Below are positions 19,239 through 28,198 of a DNA stretch of 64,000 nt, piece after piece. The DNA is from an uncultured Verrucomicrobiae bacterium (GTDB lineage: Bacteria > Verrucomicrobiota > Verrucomicrobiia > Limisphaerales > Palsa-1400): NCBI GenBank assembly GCA_963702845.1, contig OY969763.1:3680001-3744000 (forward strand). Direction: 5' to 3'. The position numbers and the translations under genes were made by a program. A model generated the notes under the pieces. It did not search any database, was not told where the DNA came from, and was given only the letters and a program-made list of their open reading frames with translations. Positions within the stretch are counted from its first letter, which is position 1, and every line of letters begins with the position of its first letter.

Positions 19239-20327
19239 ATGTTGGCAGCTCGATCGAGTAACCCGACCTCCAGAGTCGCGGAGCCCGCCGTTTCAACACC
19301 GCCCAATTATTCCTTGGGTTGGAAAGAAATAGTGGCGGGCGCAGAACCTTTTCTCCTCAAAGTCGGGGAACGTCTCCGCGCGCAAACCGCTGAATTTCAG
19401 GCGGATATTGAAAGCTACGCCAAATACGCTCTCAGCGTCCAAGGCAAGCAACTCCGTCCCATGCTCGTTTGCCTCAGTGGCGAGGCCGCGGGCGGTCTGA
19501 ATGATTCTCACGTGTCCGTCGCCGCCATTATTGAAATGGTGCATTTGGCCACCCTCGTCCACGACGACATCATTGACCTCGCCGCTCTGCGCCGTGGCCG
19601 CCCTACCCTTGCGGCCAAGTGGGGCAATAAAATTTCTGTTTTGTTAGGCGACTGTCTTTTTGCAAAGTCGCTGAAACTCGCCGCGAGCTTCCCAACTCCG
19701 GAAATCTGCCGCGCCGTTGCCTCTGGGACCGATACCGTTTGTGAAGGTGAAATTCTTCAGACGCAGGCTCGCGGTAATTTCGATTTATCGCAGCAGCACT
19801 ATTTCAAAGTCTTGACCATGAAGACGGCCGAGTTGTTCGCGCTCTCTTGTGATTTGGGCGCATTTTTAGCCGATGCTCACGGCCAGACCACCCACGGCCA
19901 CGGGGCCACCCAAGCCAAATACCGCGAAGCCTTGCGCCAATATGGCCTCTCGCTGGGCACAGCTTACCAACTTTACGACGATTGCCTCGATCTCTTCGGT
20001 TCGGAAAAAGTCGCCGGCAAAACCGTCGGCGCTGACCTGACCGAGGGCAAAATGACTCTCCCGCTGCTCATTGTCCGGGACAAAGCGCCCCATGCCGACC
20101 AAGCGGCACTGCGCCAATGTTTCTCACATTGGAACCCGGATCGCATGCCGGAACTCATGGAATTGCTCACAAAATATCGTGCTCTGGCCCTTTCGCGCGA
20201 AACCATTCGCGGCTATCTTGCCGCCGCGCGCGAGGCACTCAATTGTTTGCCGTCGTGCGAAGCGAAGGCAGGATTGATCGGGTTAACCGGCTTTCTTGCA
20301 GAACAAACGGAGGTTTTGGGGGTTTAA
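19239..20327 (+). CDS. Polyprenyl diphosphate synthase (IspB/HepT-like)
   Basis: GKQLRP, LVHDDIID..LRRG, KTA, YQLYDDCLD, DLTEGKMTLP. Confidence 0.92.
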   Translation: MLAARSSNPTSRVAEPAVSTPPNYSLGWKEIVAGAEPFLLKVGERLRAQTAEFQADIESYAKYALSVQGKQLRPMLVCLSGEAAGGLNDSHVSVAAIIEMVHLATLVHDDIIDLAALRRGRPTLAAKWGNKISVLLGDCLFAKSLKLAASFPTPEICRAVASGTDTVCEGEILQTQARGNFDLSQQHYFKVLTMKTAELFALSCDLGAFLADAHGQTTHGHGATQAKYREALRQYGLSLGTAYQLYDDCLDLFGSEKVAGKTVGADLTEGKMTLPLLIVRDKAPHADQAALRQCFSHWNPDRMPELMELLTKYRALALSRETIRGYLAAAREALNCLPSCEAKAGLIGLTGFLAEQTEVLGV

Positions 20328-20334
20328 GAACACA

Positions 20335-20432
20335 TCAACAGAGCCGCGCGTGTGAGCAAGCGGTTATCGACGTTCGCCAAAGTTGCGACTCTGTTGATAG
20401 AAAGCCGCTTACTAAACGCGCGGCTCTGTTGA
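20335..20432 (+). promoter_or_regulatory. Long hairpin in the leader of the ECF sigma gene
   Basis: Perfect 17-bp inverted repeat TCAACAGAGCCGCGCGT (20335-20351) / ACGCGCGGCTCTGTTGA (20416-20432) with inner stems; ends 5 nt before the ATG at 20438. Confidence 0.6.
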
Positions 20433-20437
20433 ACAAG

Positions 20438-21055
20438 ATGATATTAGAAAGCACCGCATTGACGGTCGACGAGACACAAGAGAGCAACGAATCGGACTTG
20501 AGCTTGGTCAAACGCGCTCAGGAACAAGACCCTTCTGCCTATGACGCGCTCATCCGCCGTTATCAACAGCGCATTTACGCGACCGTTTACCACATGACGT
20601 CCAATCACGAGGACGCCAACGATCTCACCCAGGAAGCCTTCATCAAAGGCTACCGCGCGCTGACGGGTTTCAAGGGAGATTCGAGCTTTTACACCTGGAT
20701 CTATCGCATCGCCGTCAACAAGACGATCAACTTCCTCAAGCAGCGCAAAAACAAGTGGATGATGAGCTTGAACGACGTCGATTATCAGGCCGAGCACGAC
20801 CCGGACCTGGTCGCCTTGGTTTCCCACAAGACGCCGCGGCGTGATTTAAATTTAGCTGAACTGCAGGAAAAATTGAACGAGGGCCTACAGAAGCTGTCAG
20901 AACACCACAGAATGGTTGTCACATTGCACGACATCCAAGGACTATCTCACGAAGAGATAGGAAAGATAATGAACTGCAATGTGGGCACCGTCCGGTCGCG
21001 CTTATTTTATGCGCGACAACAATTACAGGGCGATTTGTCTGACTATTTAAAATAG
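20438..21055 (+). CDS. ECF (RpoE-like) sigma-70 factor
   Basis: D..LV, DLTQEAFIK, F.GDSSFYTWIYRIAVN, LSHEEIG.IM....GTVRSRLFYAR. Confidence 0.93.
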   Translation: MILESTALTVDETQESNESDLSLVKRAQEQDPSAYDALIRRYQQRIYATVYHMTSNHEDANDLTQEAFIKGYRALTGFKGDSSFYTWIYRIAVNKTINFLKQRKNKWMMSLNDVDYQAEHDPDLVALVSHKTPRRDLNLAELQEKLNEGLQKLSEHHRMVVTLHDIQGLSHEEIGKIMNCNVGTVRSRLFYARQQLQGDLSDYLK

Positions 21056-21067
21056 GACGCCAAGGCA

Positions 21068-21142
21068 GGTTGTGTTCCGGCTTCAGTGTGGGGACGGTAG
21101 GGATGGTGCGCCGCACCGTCCGCTGAAGCCAGGACGCAAACC
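21068..21142 (+). repeat. Structured intergenic element containing a GTAG-type REP-like palindrome
   Basis: GGCTTCAG/CTGAAGCC outer stem; inner GTAG-GGATGGTGCG-C-CGCACCGTCC. Confidence 0.55.
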
Positions 21143-21163
21143 GCACAGCGCCGAGTTGCAAAG

Positions 21164-21661
21164 ATGAAAACTTCGAATGAGTTTGAAGGTAACGACGATC
21201 GCTCCGCGACGTCCGCACAAGAGTTCGAAACCCTCCGCAAAGCGCTCGCGCTAAAACGCTACGAGCAACCGCCACCGGGATACTTCAACCGTTTGCCAAA
21301 CCAGATCATGGCACGCATCGAAGCCGGCGAAGGCGAAACAAAATTCTGGCAGCGCTTCATCCCCAGCTTCACCCTGCGCCCCGCCGTGGTTTACGGCCTG
21401 GGCCTGGCCGTCTGCGGCGTCGTCGCCGTCAGCGTCTTTTATACATCCAATCTGCCGGTGAATAACAGTGGTCCCGTCACCGCCAGTTCGATGACAACAT
21501 CGCAACCGACACTTCTCGGCCCCGCGCCCGGTCCAGCGATCGCCAGTCAGAATCAAAGCACCATCAACAGCACGAACCCCATTACCGAGCCCTCGCTGTT
21601 CCCGACGCAAATCGGCCAAGGCCTACAAAGCATGCCCGCAGGCTATACGCCGCATCAGTAA
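21164..21661 (+). CDS. Putative membrane anti-sigma factor
   Basis: Directly after the ECF gene; cytoplasmic LKRYEQPPPGYF block, one TM, Ser/Thr/Pro-rich tail. Function inferred from position. Confidence 0.7.
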   Translation: MKTSNEFEGNDDRSATSAQEFETLRKALALKRYEQPPPGYFNRLPNQIMARIEAGEGETKFWQRFIPSFTLRPAVVYGLGLAVCGVVAVSVFYTSNLPVNNSGPVTASSMTTSQPTLLGPAPGPAIASQNQSTINSTNPITEPSLFPTQIGQGLQSMPAGYTPHQ

Positions 21662-21693
21662 TAATCGCGCTTGATCGCGCCACTATTTGATAC

Positions 21694-21735
21694 ACGCCAG
21701 TAGGGACCTGCATCCCTTCTGGCGTCTGTTCTTCT
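21694..21735 (+). terminator. Putative terminator hairpin
   Basis: ACGCCAGTAGGGA...TCCCTTCTGGCGT followed by a pyrimidine run, between convergent genes. Confidence 0.5.
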
Positions 21736-21818
21736 CACACTCATCTCTGCTATGCGTTCTTTGCAGTTAAATAAACTCCTCTAAAACTCAAACTTCGCAC
21801 ATCCCAAGTCCCAACCTT

Positions 21819-22193
21819 TCACTGACGAAATTCCGTCAATGATAACACGTGACCATCCGGATCACGAAACCAAGCCACCAACGCCCCGCTTGGCGCTTGC
21901 CAAATACCGTCTTCGTCCTGCCCCAGCCCATCGAACCATTCGAATGCAACTCCCACCTTCGCAAGCCGCCGCACCATCTCGCGAATATCCGCCACATCCC
22001 ATCCCAGTGCAGTATACGGAGCCGCATGAACCTTCTCCACCTTCTGAATCCGCAACATCGAATTCCCAACTTGAAACACCAAAGCCGGCGGTTCATCCGC
22101 CACAAACGTCAGGCCAAGAACGCCATCGTAAAATGCCCGTGCCCGCTGCGCATCCACAGTCGCCAAAAACAAAACAGGTTTTTCTAAAAGCAT
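21819..22193 (-). CDS. VOC (glyoxalase/bleomycin resistance) family protein
   Basis: RARAFYDGVLGL...VAWFRDPDGHVLSL. Confidence 0.9.
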   Translation of the reverse strand: MLLEKPVLFLATVDAQRARAFYDGVLGLTFVADEPPALVFQVGNSMLRIQKVEKVHAAPYTALGWDVADIREMVRRLAKVGVAFEWFDGLGQDEDGIWQAPSGALVAWFRDPDGHVLSLTEFRQ

Positions 22194-22251
22194 AGTTTTT
22201 CAATTCGTTCCGCGTTCCATCTGCAAGAGGTCCATTCAGTCTTTTTCCAAC

Positions 22252-22360
22252 TTACCGCAACGCGGTAAAATCACTCAGCCCACGGGTTGTTCTACCCAAG
22301 CAGAACTACCCTGGGTCAATGTTGCACCTAATTGCAATGGCTTGCACCTGATTGCACCTG
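22252..22360. repeat. Composite palindrome plus four 10-bp tandem repeats
   Basis: TTACCGC-AAC-GCGGTAA; GCCCACGGGTTGTTCT...AGAACTACCCTGGGT; then GTTGCACCTA ATTGCAATGG CTTGCACCTG ATTGCACCTG. Confidence 0.6.
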
Positions 22361-22426
22361 AAAACAATTCGTGGTTTAAAGACGATTGACGTCGCGAACT
22401 CCCACAGGAAGATTAAGGCCGTGAAA

Positions 22427-23986
22427 ATGAGATTTCGCTTGCTGCTTTTGTTCGTGGTCGGATCGGCGCTTTGTTCCGTTCACGCCCAGGAAGTGCCGGT
22501 TATCGAAAAGACCCTCTCGAACGGCATGAAGGTCCTGATGGTCTCGCGCCACGATGAACCGATGATTTCCGGCGGCTGGGTCGCGCACGTCGGCAGCTCC
22601 AACGAAAAGCCCGGCATCACCGGCATCGCGCATCTGTTCGAGCACATGATGTTCAAGGGCACGCCGACGATTGGCACGAAGGATTATAAGAAGGACCTGG
22701 AAATTTTAAACGAACAGGAAAAGATCCGCGATCAGATGCGTGAAGAGGAACGCAAGATGCGCGCGGAATTCCGTCGCGGCAAGATTGACGACCTCGCCAG
22801 TCTCGACAACAAAACGCCGCGCTGGCGCGAGTTGAAAAAGCAATTCGATGCACTCGTGAATGCTGAGCGAACTGTCCTGGTGAAAAACGAATTTGATAAC
22901 GTCTACACGAGCAATGGTGGTTCCGGCATGAACGCCTTCACCAGCGAAGACATGACGGCTTACTTCATCACCGTCCCGGCGAATAAACTGGAGCTGTGGA
23001 TGTGGATGGAATCGGAACGCCTGCTTCACCCTGTTTTCCGCGAATTTTACGCGGAGCGCGATGTGGTGTTTGAAGAGCGCCGCATGCGCACGGACTCGAC
23101 GCCACTGGGAAAATTCGAGGAAGAGTTCAACGCCATGTTCTGGGAATCCTCGCCGTACCACTGGCCGGTCATCGGTTGGCCCTCTGATATTCCGGCGATT
23201 TCCAAAAAGCAGGCCGACGAATTTTACGCGCTCTATTATCAACCGCAGAACATCACGGCCATCCTCGTCGGTGATTTTGATCCTGAAAAATGCCTCGCGT
23301 TGGCGGAAAAATATTTCGGCCGCATTCCACCAGGGCACCAGCCCACGCCGGACATCGTCACCATCGAGGTGAAACAAGAAGCCGAAAAACGCATGGACGC
23401 CGAGGCGGAAACGAATCCGCAGATCGATATCATGTGGCACACGGTGCCCTTCGCGCATAAGGACTCCTACGCGTTGGAGGTTTTAGCCGAACTGCTCTCC
23501 AATCGCACCGGTCGCCTGTTCAAAGGCATGGTTCTCGGCTCGAAAGTTGCGAGCGATGCATCGGCCGGCCAGGACTCCAGGAAATGGGCCGGGCTGTTCG
23601 ATATCAACGGCGAAGCCGCTGAAGGCCACACTCCACTGGAAGTCGAGCAAGGCGTATACGCCGAGCTCGAGAAACTTAAGAAAGACGAAGTGCCTGCTGA
23701 GGAACTGCAAAAGGTGAAGAACCAGTTCGCCGCGCACGAATACCGCCGGTTGTCAGCGAACTCGCCGATCCTGATGTATCTCATCGGCGACGAAGGCCAT
23801 GGCGATTGGCGCGAAATCAATAATGCTGGCAAAAAAATCCAGGCAGTCACGACGTCGGACGTGAAACGCGTCGCCAACGAATATCTCCGTAAAGACAATC
23901 GTTCCGTTGCCGTTTACATGCGCAAAGGCGCCAAAGCAGAGAAGGCCGTGAAACCAGTTGCCGCACACGTTGAGGAGAAGAAATGA
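22427..23986 (+). CDS. M16B zinc peptidase, catalytic subunit (exported)
   Basis: Signal peptide; TGIAHLFEHMMFKG (HxxEH), NAFT, ERDVVFEERR. Confidence 0.93.
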   Translation: MRFRLLLLFVVGSALCSVHAQEVPVIEKTLSNGMKVLMVSRHDEPMISGGWVAHVGSSNEKPGITGIAHLFEHMMFKGTPTIGTKDYKKDLEILNEQEKIRDQMREEERKMRAEFRRGKIDDLASLDNKTPRWRELKKQFDALVNAERTVLVKNEFDNVYTSNGGSGMNAFTSEDMTAYFITVPANKLELWMWMESERLLHPVFREFYAERDVVFEERRMRTDSTPLGKFEEEFNAMFWESSPYHWPVIGWPSDIPAISKKQADEFYALYYQPQNITAILVGDFDPEKCLALAEKYFGRIPPGHQPTPDIVTIEVKQEAEKRMDAEAETNPQIDIMWHTVPFAHKDSYALEVLAELLSNRTGRLFKGMVLGSKVASDASAGQDSRKWAGLFDINGEAAEGHTPLEVEQGVYAELEKLKKDEVPAEELQKVKNQFAAHEYRRLSANSPILMYLIGDEGHGDWREINNAGKKIQAVTTSDVKRVANEYLRKDNRSVAVYMRKGAKAEKAVKPVAAHVEEKK

Positions 23987-25502
23987 AGAAACTGATTCGC
24001 TCTTTTGAGCTTTTCGCTGTCGCCCTACTTTTTGCGGCGACAACCGTTGCAAATGCGCAGACCGCGAATGCGGCCATCCCAAGTCGGCCCGAGCAACTGA
24101 AATTTCCGCCGCTCAAATATGAGCCGCCGGATCCGCCGACTACCGCACGGTTCTAAAAAACGGCACGGTCACTTACGTCGTTCCCGATCACGAATTGCCG
24201 CTGATCAACATCCGTATCATGGTCCACACCGGTGATTACGTTGTGCCGAAGGGCAAAGAAGGACTCGCGGCGTTGACTGGCTATCTCCTCTCCCACGGCG
24301 GCACGAAGTCGATGACGGCGGAGCAATTGGAAGAACGTCTCGCGTTTCTCGCGGCTAATCTAAGCATCGATTGCGGCGACGTGAGCGCGAGCATCAACCT
24401 GAACCTTCTCTCAAAGGACCTCGATGAAGGGTTGAAGATCTTGCACGAAGTCCTGACCGAACCACGGTTTCAGGATGACAAGATCACTTTGGCAAAAGAT
24501 CAAACGATGCAAGGCATTCGCCAGCGCAATGACGAGTCATCCAACATCGAAGGACGCGAACGCGGGTTCCTCGCATTCGGCGAAGATTTCTGGGTGAATC
24601 GTTATTCCACTGCGGCGTCGATCGAGAGCCTGACCAAATCTGATTTTCAGGAGTTCCATCGTAAATGGTTTCATCCCGACAACTTTGTCATCGCCGTCAA
24701 CGGCGATTTCGATCGCGACGCGATGATTGCCCGTATGAACCTGTTCCTGAAAGATTGGCCGTTCACGGGACCGAAACCGCCGCCGATCCCGACAGACACT
24801 AAATTCGCCAAGCCCGGCATCTACATCGTCGATAAAGATGTGAACCAGGGCCGCGTCGCACTCATGCTGCCGGGTATCATGCGCGATGATCCGGATTATT
24901 TCGATGCGCTCATCATGAACGATATTCTTGGCGGCGGCGGCTTTACATCTCACATCATGAACCGCGTCCGCTCGGACGAAGGTCTCGCCTACTCGGCTGG
25001 ATCGAGTCTTCCCGGCGGCGTTTACTATCCGCTGACGTTCACGGCCGGTTTTCAGTCCAAGTCGCGCACTGTCGCCTATGCGATTTCGATTGTGGAACAG
25101 GAAATGACAAAGATGACCGAGCAACCGCCTTCCGACGCCGAATTAAACACCGCCAAGCGGTCGTTCATTGACCGTTTTCCGCGCACGTTTGCAACGAAGA
25201 CACAAGTCGCGACGACGTTTGCCAGTGATGAGTTCACTGGTCGTTACGCAAAAGACCCGCACTATTGGCAGAACTTCCGCGCGAACATCGAGAAAGTCAC
25301 CAAGGATGACGTCGTGCGCGTGGCGAAACGATTTCTACACCCCGATCGCTTGGTGATCCTCATCGTCGGGCAGAAGCAGGAAATCATGAAGGGCCATCCC
25401 GACCACGACATCACGCTGGCGAAATTGTCGAACGAGGTGATTACGGAAGTGCCGCTGCGCGATCCGCTGACGATGAAGCCGATTGTGAACGGAACGAACT
25501 AG
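23983..25502 (+). CDS. M16B peptidase, non-catalytic subunit, one frameshift near 24135
   Basis: ATG at 23983 overlaps the previous TGA. Signal peptide and LKFPPLKYEPPDP join ADYRTVLKNG...ELPLI (ORF 24195-25502) if one base is restored. Has RSDEGLAYS and lacks HxxEH. Confidence 0.88.
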
Positions 25503-26389
25503 TAGCGGTTCCAGCGGTGGCCAAAACCGGAGTGTCCATAGCCGCCGCGAAAACCGTCATAGGCAAATCGCCATCCACCGAAGCTGTAAAATGACGAGCC
25601 GCAACTCGGACCAAACGCGGCATCATAATAAGCACGAGCCGGCGAGCAGCTAAACGGCCCGTAGTAGCAGCCATTGTTAAACGTAGTTCCATAACGCGAG
25701 CCGATGACGGTCACGTTCTGATTTGGCGTCGCACAGACTGGCGTTGAACAGGTCGGGGCTGACGAAACGTAGTTCACCCGAGGAGAGGGTTGTTGCACAA
25801 CGACAACCGGCGGTTGCGAATAGGTGATCGGCGCGACGGGAGCGGAGGCGTCCGACATATTCTGAGCTTGTTGAGCGTCATTAGCTTTGGCCAAGGTCAC
25901 TTGGTGATCGCGTCGAATCATCGCGTTTACTATCTCGGATGGAACGCCAACTTTGATCAGGTAAATAATGTCCTTCGAACTGAGTTGATACGGAAAATTC
26001 GATGTCTCGATATATGTCAGTAACACGTCGGTGCTGATGCCGCCGCGATACATTTTCACCACTTCATTGGCCCCGTAGGCAAGAGACCTGGGCTGAGTTA
26101 CAGGAGCTGATTCTGAAACTGTCTCCGCAGGAGCAGCTGGTGTGGCATCGGACTCAGAAGATGGCGCGGCGACGATCGGAGTTGTTGTTGGGATTTGTCC
26201 AATGGCGGGTTGGCTATTGGTTGTCGCGCTGGCTAATTCGGCGAGGACCACAGAAACTCCCAGAAAACCTGCCATTACCGCAAAAAGCTTTTTTAGCGAT
26301 GGCGCCGTTTTCCGCCCCAAATTGGACGCGGGTGAATGCATACTGTCACCGAACAGGGCTACCATAACGTTCCATGCAAAAGAGTGCAA
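25499..26389 (-). CDS. Hypothetical exported protein
   Basis: Hydrophobic segment, EVVKM..GGIS.DV.L.YI...LS..DIIYL...GV helical domain, Gly/Tyr-rich tail; start uncertain. Confidence 0.7.
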   Translation of the reverse strand: MHSFAWNVMVALFGDSMHSPASNLGRKTAPSLKKLFAVMAGFLGVSVVLAELASATTNSQPAIGQIPTTTPIVAAPSSESDATPAAPAETVSESAPVTQPRSLAYGANEVVKMYRGGISTDVLLTYIETSNFPYQLSSKDIIYLIKVGVPSEIVNAMIRRDHQVTLAKANDAQQAQNMSDASAPVAPITYSQPPVVVVQQPSPRVNYVSSAPTCSTPVCATPNQNVTVIGSRYGTTFNNGCYYGPFSCSPARAYYDAAFGPSCGSSFYSFGGWRFAYDGFRGGYGHSGFGHRWNRY

Positions 26390-26425
26390 GCGTTCAAGCG
26401 CGCCTGCGGGGAAAAAAACGCCTTT

Positions 26426-26869
26426 CTATCGACCTGGCATCAGCATCGTCTTGAAATCCGTATAACCGGTCAGATCGCCGGACGAGACAATCAATCGGTA
26501 AACGCGACCGGGATCCAATGGGTCAGGCCGCGCTTTCGGGATGGCCGGATGCATCCCGCGAATCGGCACGCCGTATTGGAATAGTTTCACGGGACGTGAA
26601 TTGGTAGTGGCGACCATGTACCAGATCGGCGGGGTGTGGGCGTCAAAATTTGTCCCCTGCAACGGAATAACCTTCAAGGAGGTCAACTCGCAGGACCGGC
26701 TCAGTTTGAAAAAGACCGGAAGAGGCGTGCCTGCCACGATCCCACGTTCCGGTCGCGCTGACGGGACAATAGTCAAAGTCTTTTTGCGAAACCAATCAGT
26801 AAAGAAGGCGACATACAACACTCCCAGCACGAGCAGGAAGGCAATAAGAGTGATTTCTTTCTTTTGCAT
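26426..26869 (-). CDS. Membrane-anchored hypothetical protein (paralog of 26871-27302)
   Basis: N-terminal TM; W.MV...F.YG..I.GM...IP...P.PLDP...Y.L.VS. Confidence 0.8.
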   Translation of the reverse strand: MQKKEITLIAFLLVLGVLYVAFFTDWFRKKTLTIVPSARPERGIVAGTPLPVFFKLSRSCELTSLKVIPLQGTNFDAHTPPIWYMVATTNSRPVKLFQYGVPIRGMHPAIPKARPDPLDPGRVYRLIVSSGDLTGYTDFKTMLMPGR

Positions 26870-26870
26870 G

Positions 26871-27302
26871 TTATCTCAGGGCAGAGCCGTTTGATTCAAA
26901 AGTGCATTCACCGCGCACGTTCTTTGTAAAACTCACGAGCAAAAAATATTTTCCGTTCGGATCAAGCGGCTCCGGTGTCATTCCCGGAATGAAAGCTTTC
27001 ATTCCCGCAATATTTTCGCCATAAACAAATTCGGTCTTTGTCACTGGTTTGTTGTCTGGGACCAACTCCCACAAAGCGTGGGGATGCGCATTAGTTTGCG
27101 CTTCCTCGAACGATGTTACCTTGATGCGTGTCATTGGATATGCTGGATCGAGATAAAACACAATCGCGCGGGTGCCGCCGGCCGGAATAATTCTGTAAGC
27201 TATTTGAATTTTTGACGGTGGCATTGAGTCAAACCACAGGAACAAAGAAGCCGCCGCTAAAACCACGGCGATAAGAATGAGAATGGCGGTTTTCTTGCTC
27301 AT
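26871..27302 (-). CDS. Membrane-anchored hypothetical protein (paralog of 26426-26869)
   Basis: N-terminal TM; WELV...FVYGENIAGM..FIP...PEPLDP..KY.L.VS. Confidence 0.8.
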   Translation of the reverse strand: MSKKTAILILIAVVLAAASLFLWFDSMPPSKIQIAYRIIPAGGTRAIVFYLDPAYPMTRIKVTSFEEAQTNAHPHALWELVPDNKPVTKTEFVYGENIAGMKAFIPGMTPEPLDPNGKYFLLVSFTKNVRGECTFESNGSALR

Positions 27303-27390
27303 GTAGAAAAGACCGAGTCCAGGGGCGGATTATTCGAATTGTTTTTTGACAATCGGAAAATCTGTTGTCGTGTAACAAAACGCACCTGAT

Positions 27391-28146
27391 ATGAAAAAGA
27401 CCAATAGTTACTATGGGGAAAAATTGGGGAACGTTGCGCGTTTTCGCGCTTTTACATTAATTGAACTCTTGGTGGTGATTGCGATTATCGCAATTCTCGC
27501 CAGCATGCTTCTGCCCGGTCTCGCCAAGGCGAAACAAGCCGGACTGCGCATCTCCTGTGTCAATAACATGAAGCAAATTGGCCTCGCCAATGCCATGTAT
27601 GCCCAGGACCATAACTCGCACTATCCACCACGTTTGATCAATGTGCGCTGGCCGCAGGAATTCTGGCCTTACTACAAGAACCTGAAAGTCCTTCGCTGCC
27701 CGGCCGACATCGAAAAACCGCAGACCGTCGGCATCGACACGAACTATCAGGCCGACATGGCGCCGCGCAGTTACATCATCGACGCTTATAATGACTGGTA
27801 TAAGGACACGTTGAGCGACGCTGATTTCCAAACCTACATGGCCGGCACTTATTCGAATACCTTAAAGGAAACGGATATTAAATATCCAACCGAGACGATC
27901 GTTTTGGGTGAGAAGAAGTCAAATATCGATCCGAGCCAGCCTTCCGGCCATTTCTATATGGACGTGTATGAAAGCCTTGGAAACGACTTCACGGAATTGG
28001 AACAGCATCGCCATAATGATGGCTCCGATTACGCGTTCGTTGACAACAGTGTTCGGTTTTATCACCAGTGGAAGGCGCTCAACCCGCTGAATCTTTGGGC
28101 AATCGGTGATTTCGAGCGGACCAATCTGGTCATCAAATTGAACTAG
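27391..28146 (+). CDS. Prepilin-type N-terminal cleavage/methylation protein (H-X9-DN variant)
   Basis: [40 protein letters not shown]. Confidence 0.9.
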   Translation: MKKTNSYYGEKLGNVARFRAFTLIELLVVIAIIAILASMLLPGLAKAKQAGLRISCVNNMKQIGLANAMYAQDHNSHYPPRLINVRWPQEFWPYYKNLKVLRCPADIEKPQTVGIDTNYQADMAPRSYIIDAYNDWYKDTLSDADFQTYMAGTYSNTLKETDIKYPTETIVLGEKKSNIDPSQPSGHFYMDVYESLGNDFTELEQHRHNDGSDYAFVDNSVRFYHQWKALNPLNLWAIGDFERTNLVIKLN

Positions 28147-28198
28147 AGTTCGCGCATGACATTTACTTTTTCGCGATTACTCCCGAATATCGGCGTCG

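Noticed and set aside
20117..20437. N-terminal extension of the ECF sigma ORF as given in the ORF track
   Set aside because: It overlaps the polyprenyl synthase and the hairpin; sigma similarity begins only after about 20438.
24120..24150. Programmed ribosomal frameshifting in the split genes
   Set aside because: No slippery sequences at the inferred junctions, and these families are not known to be recoded.
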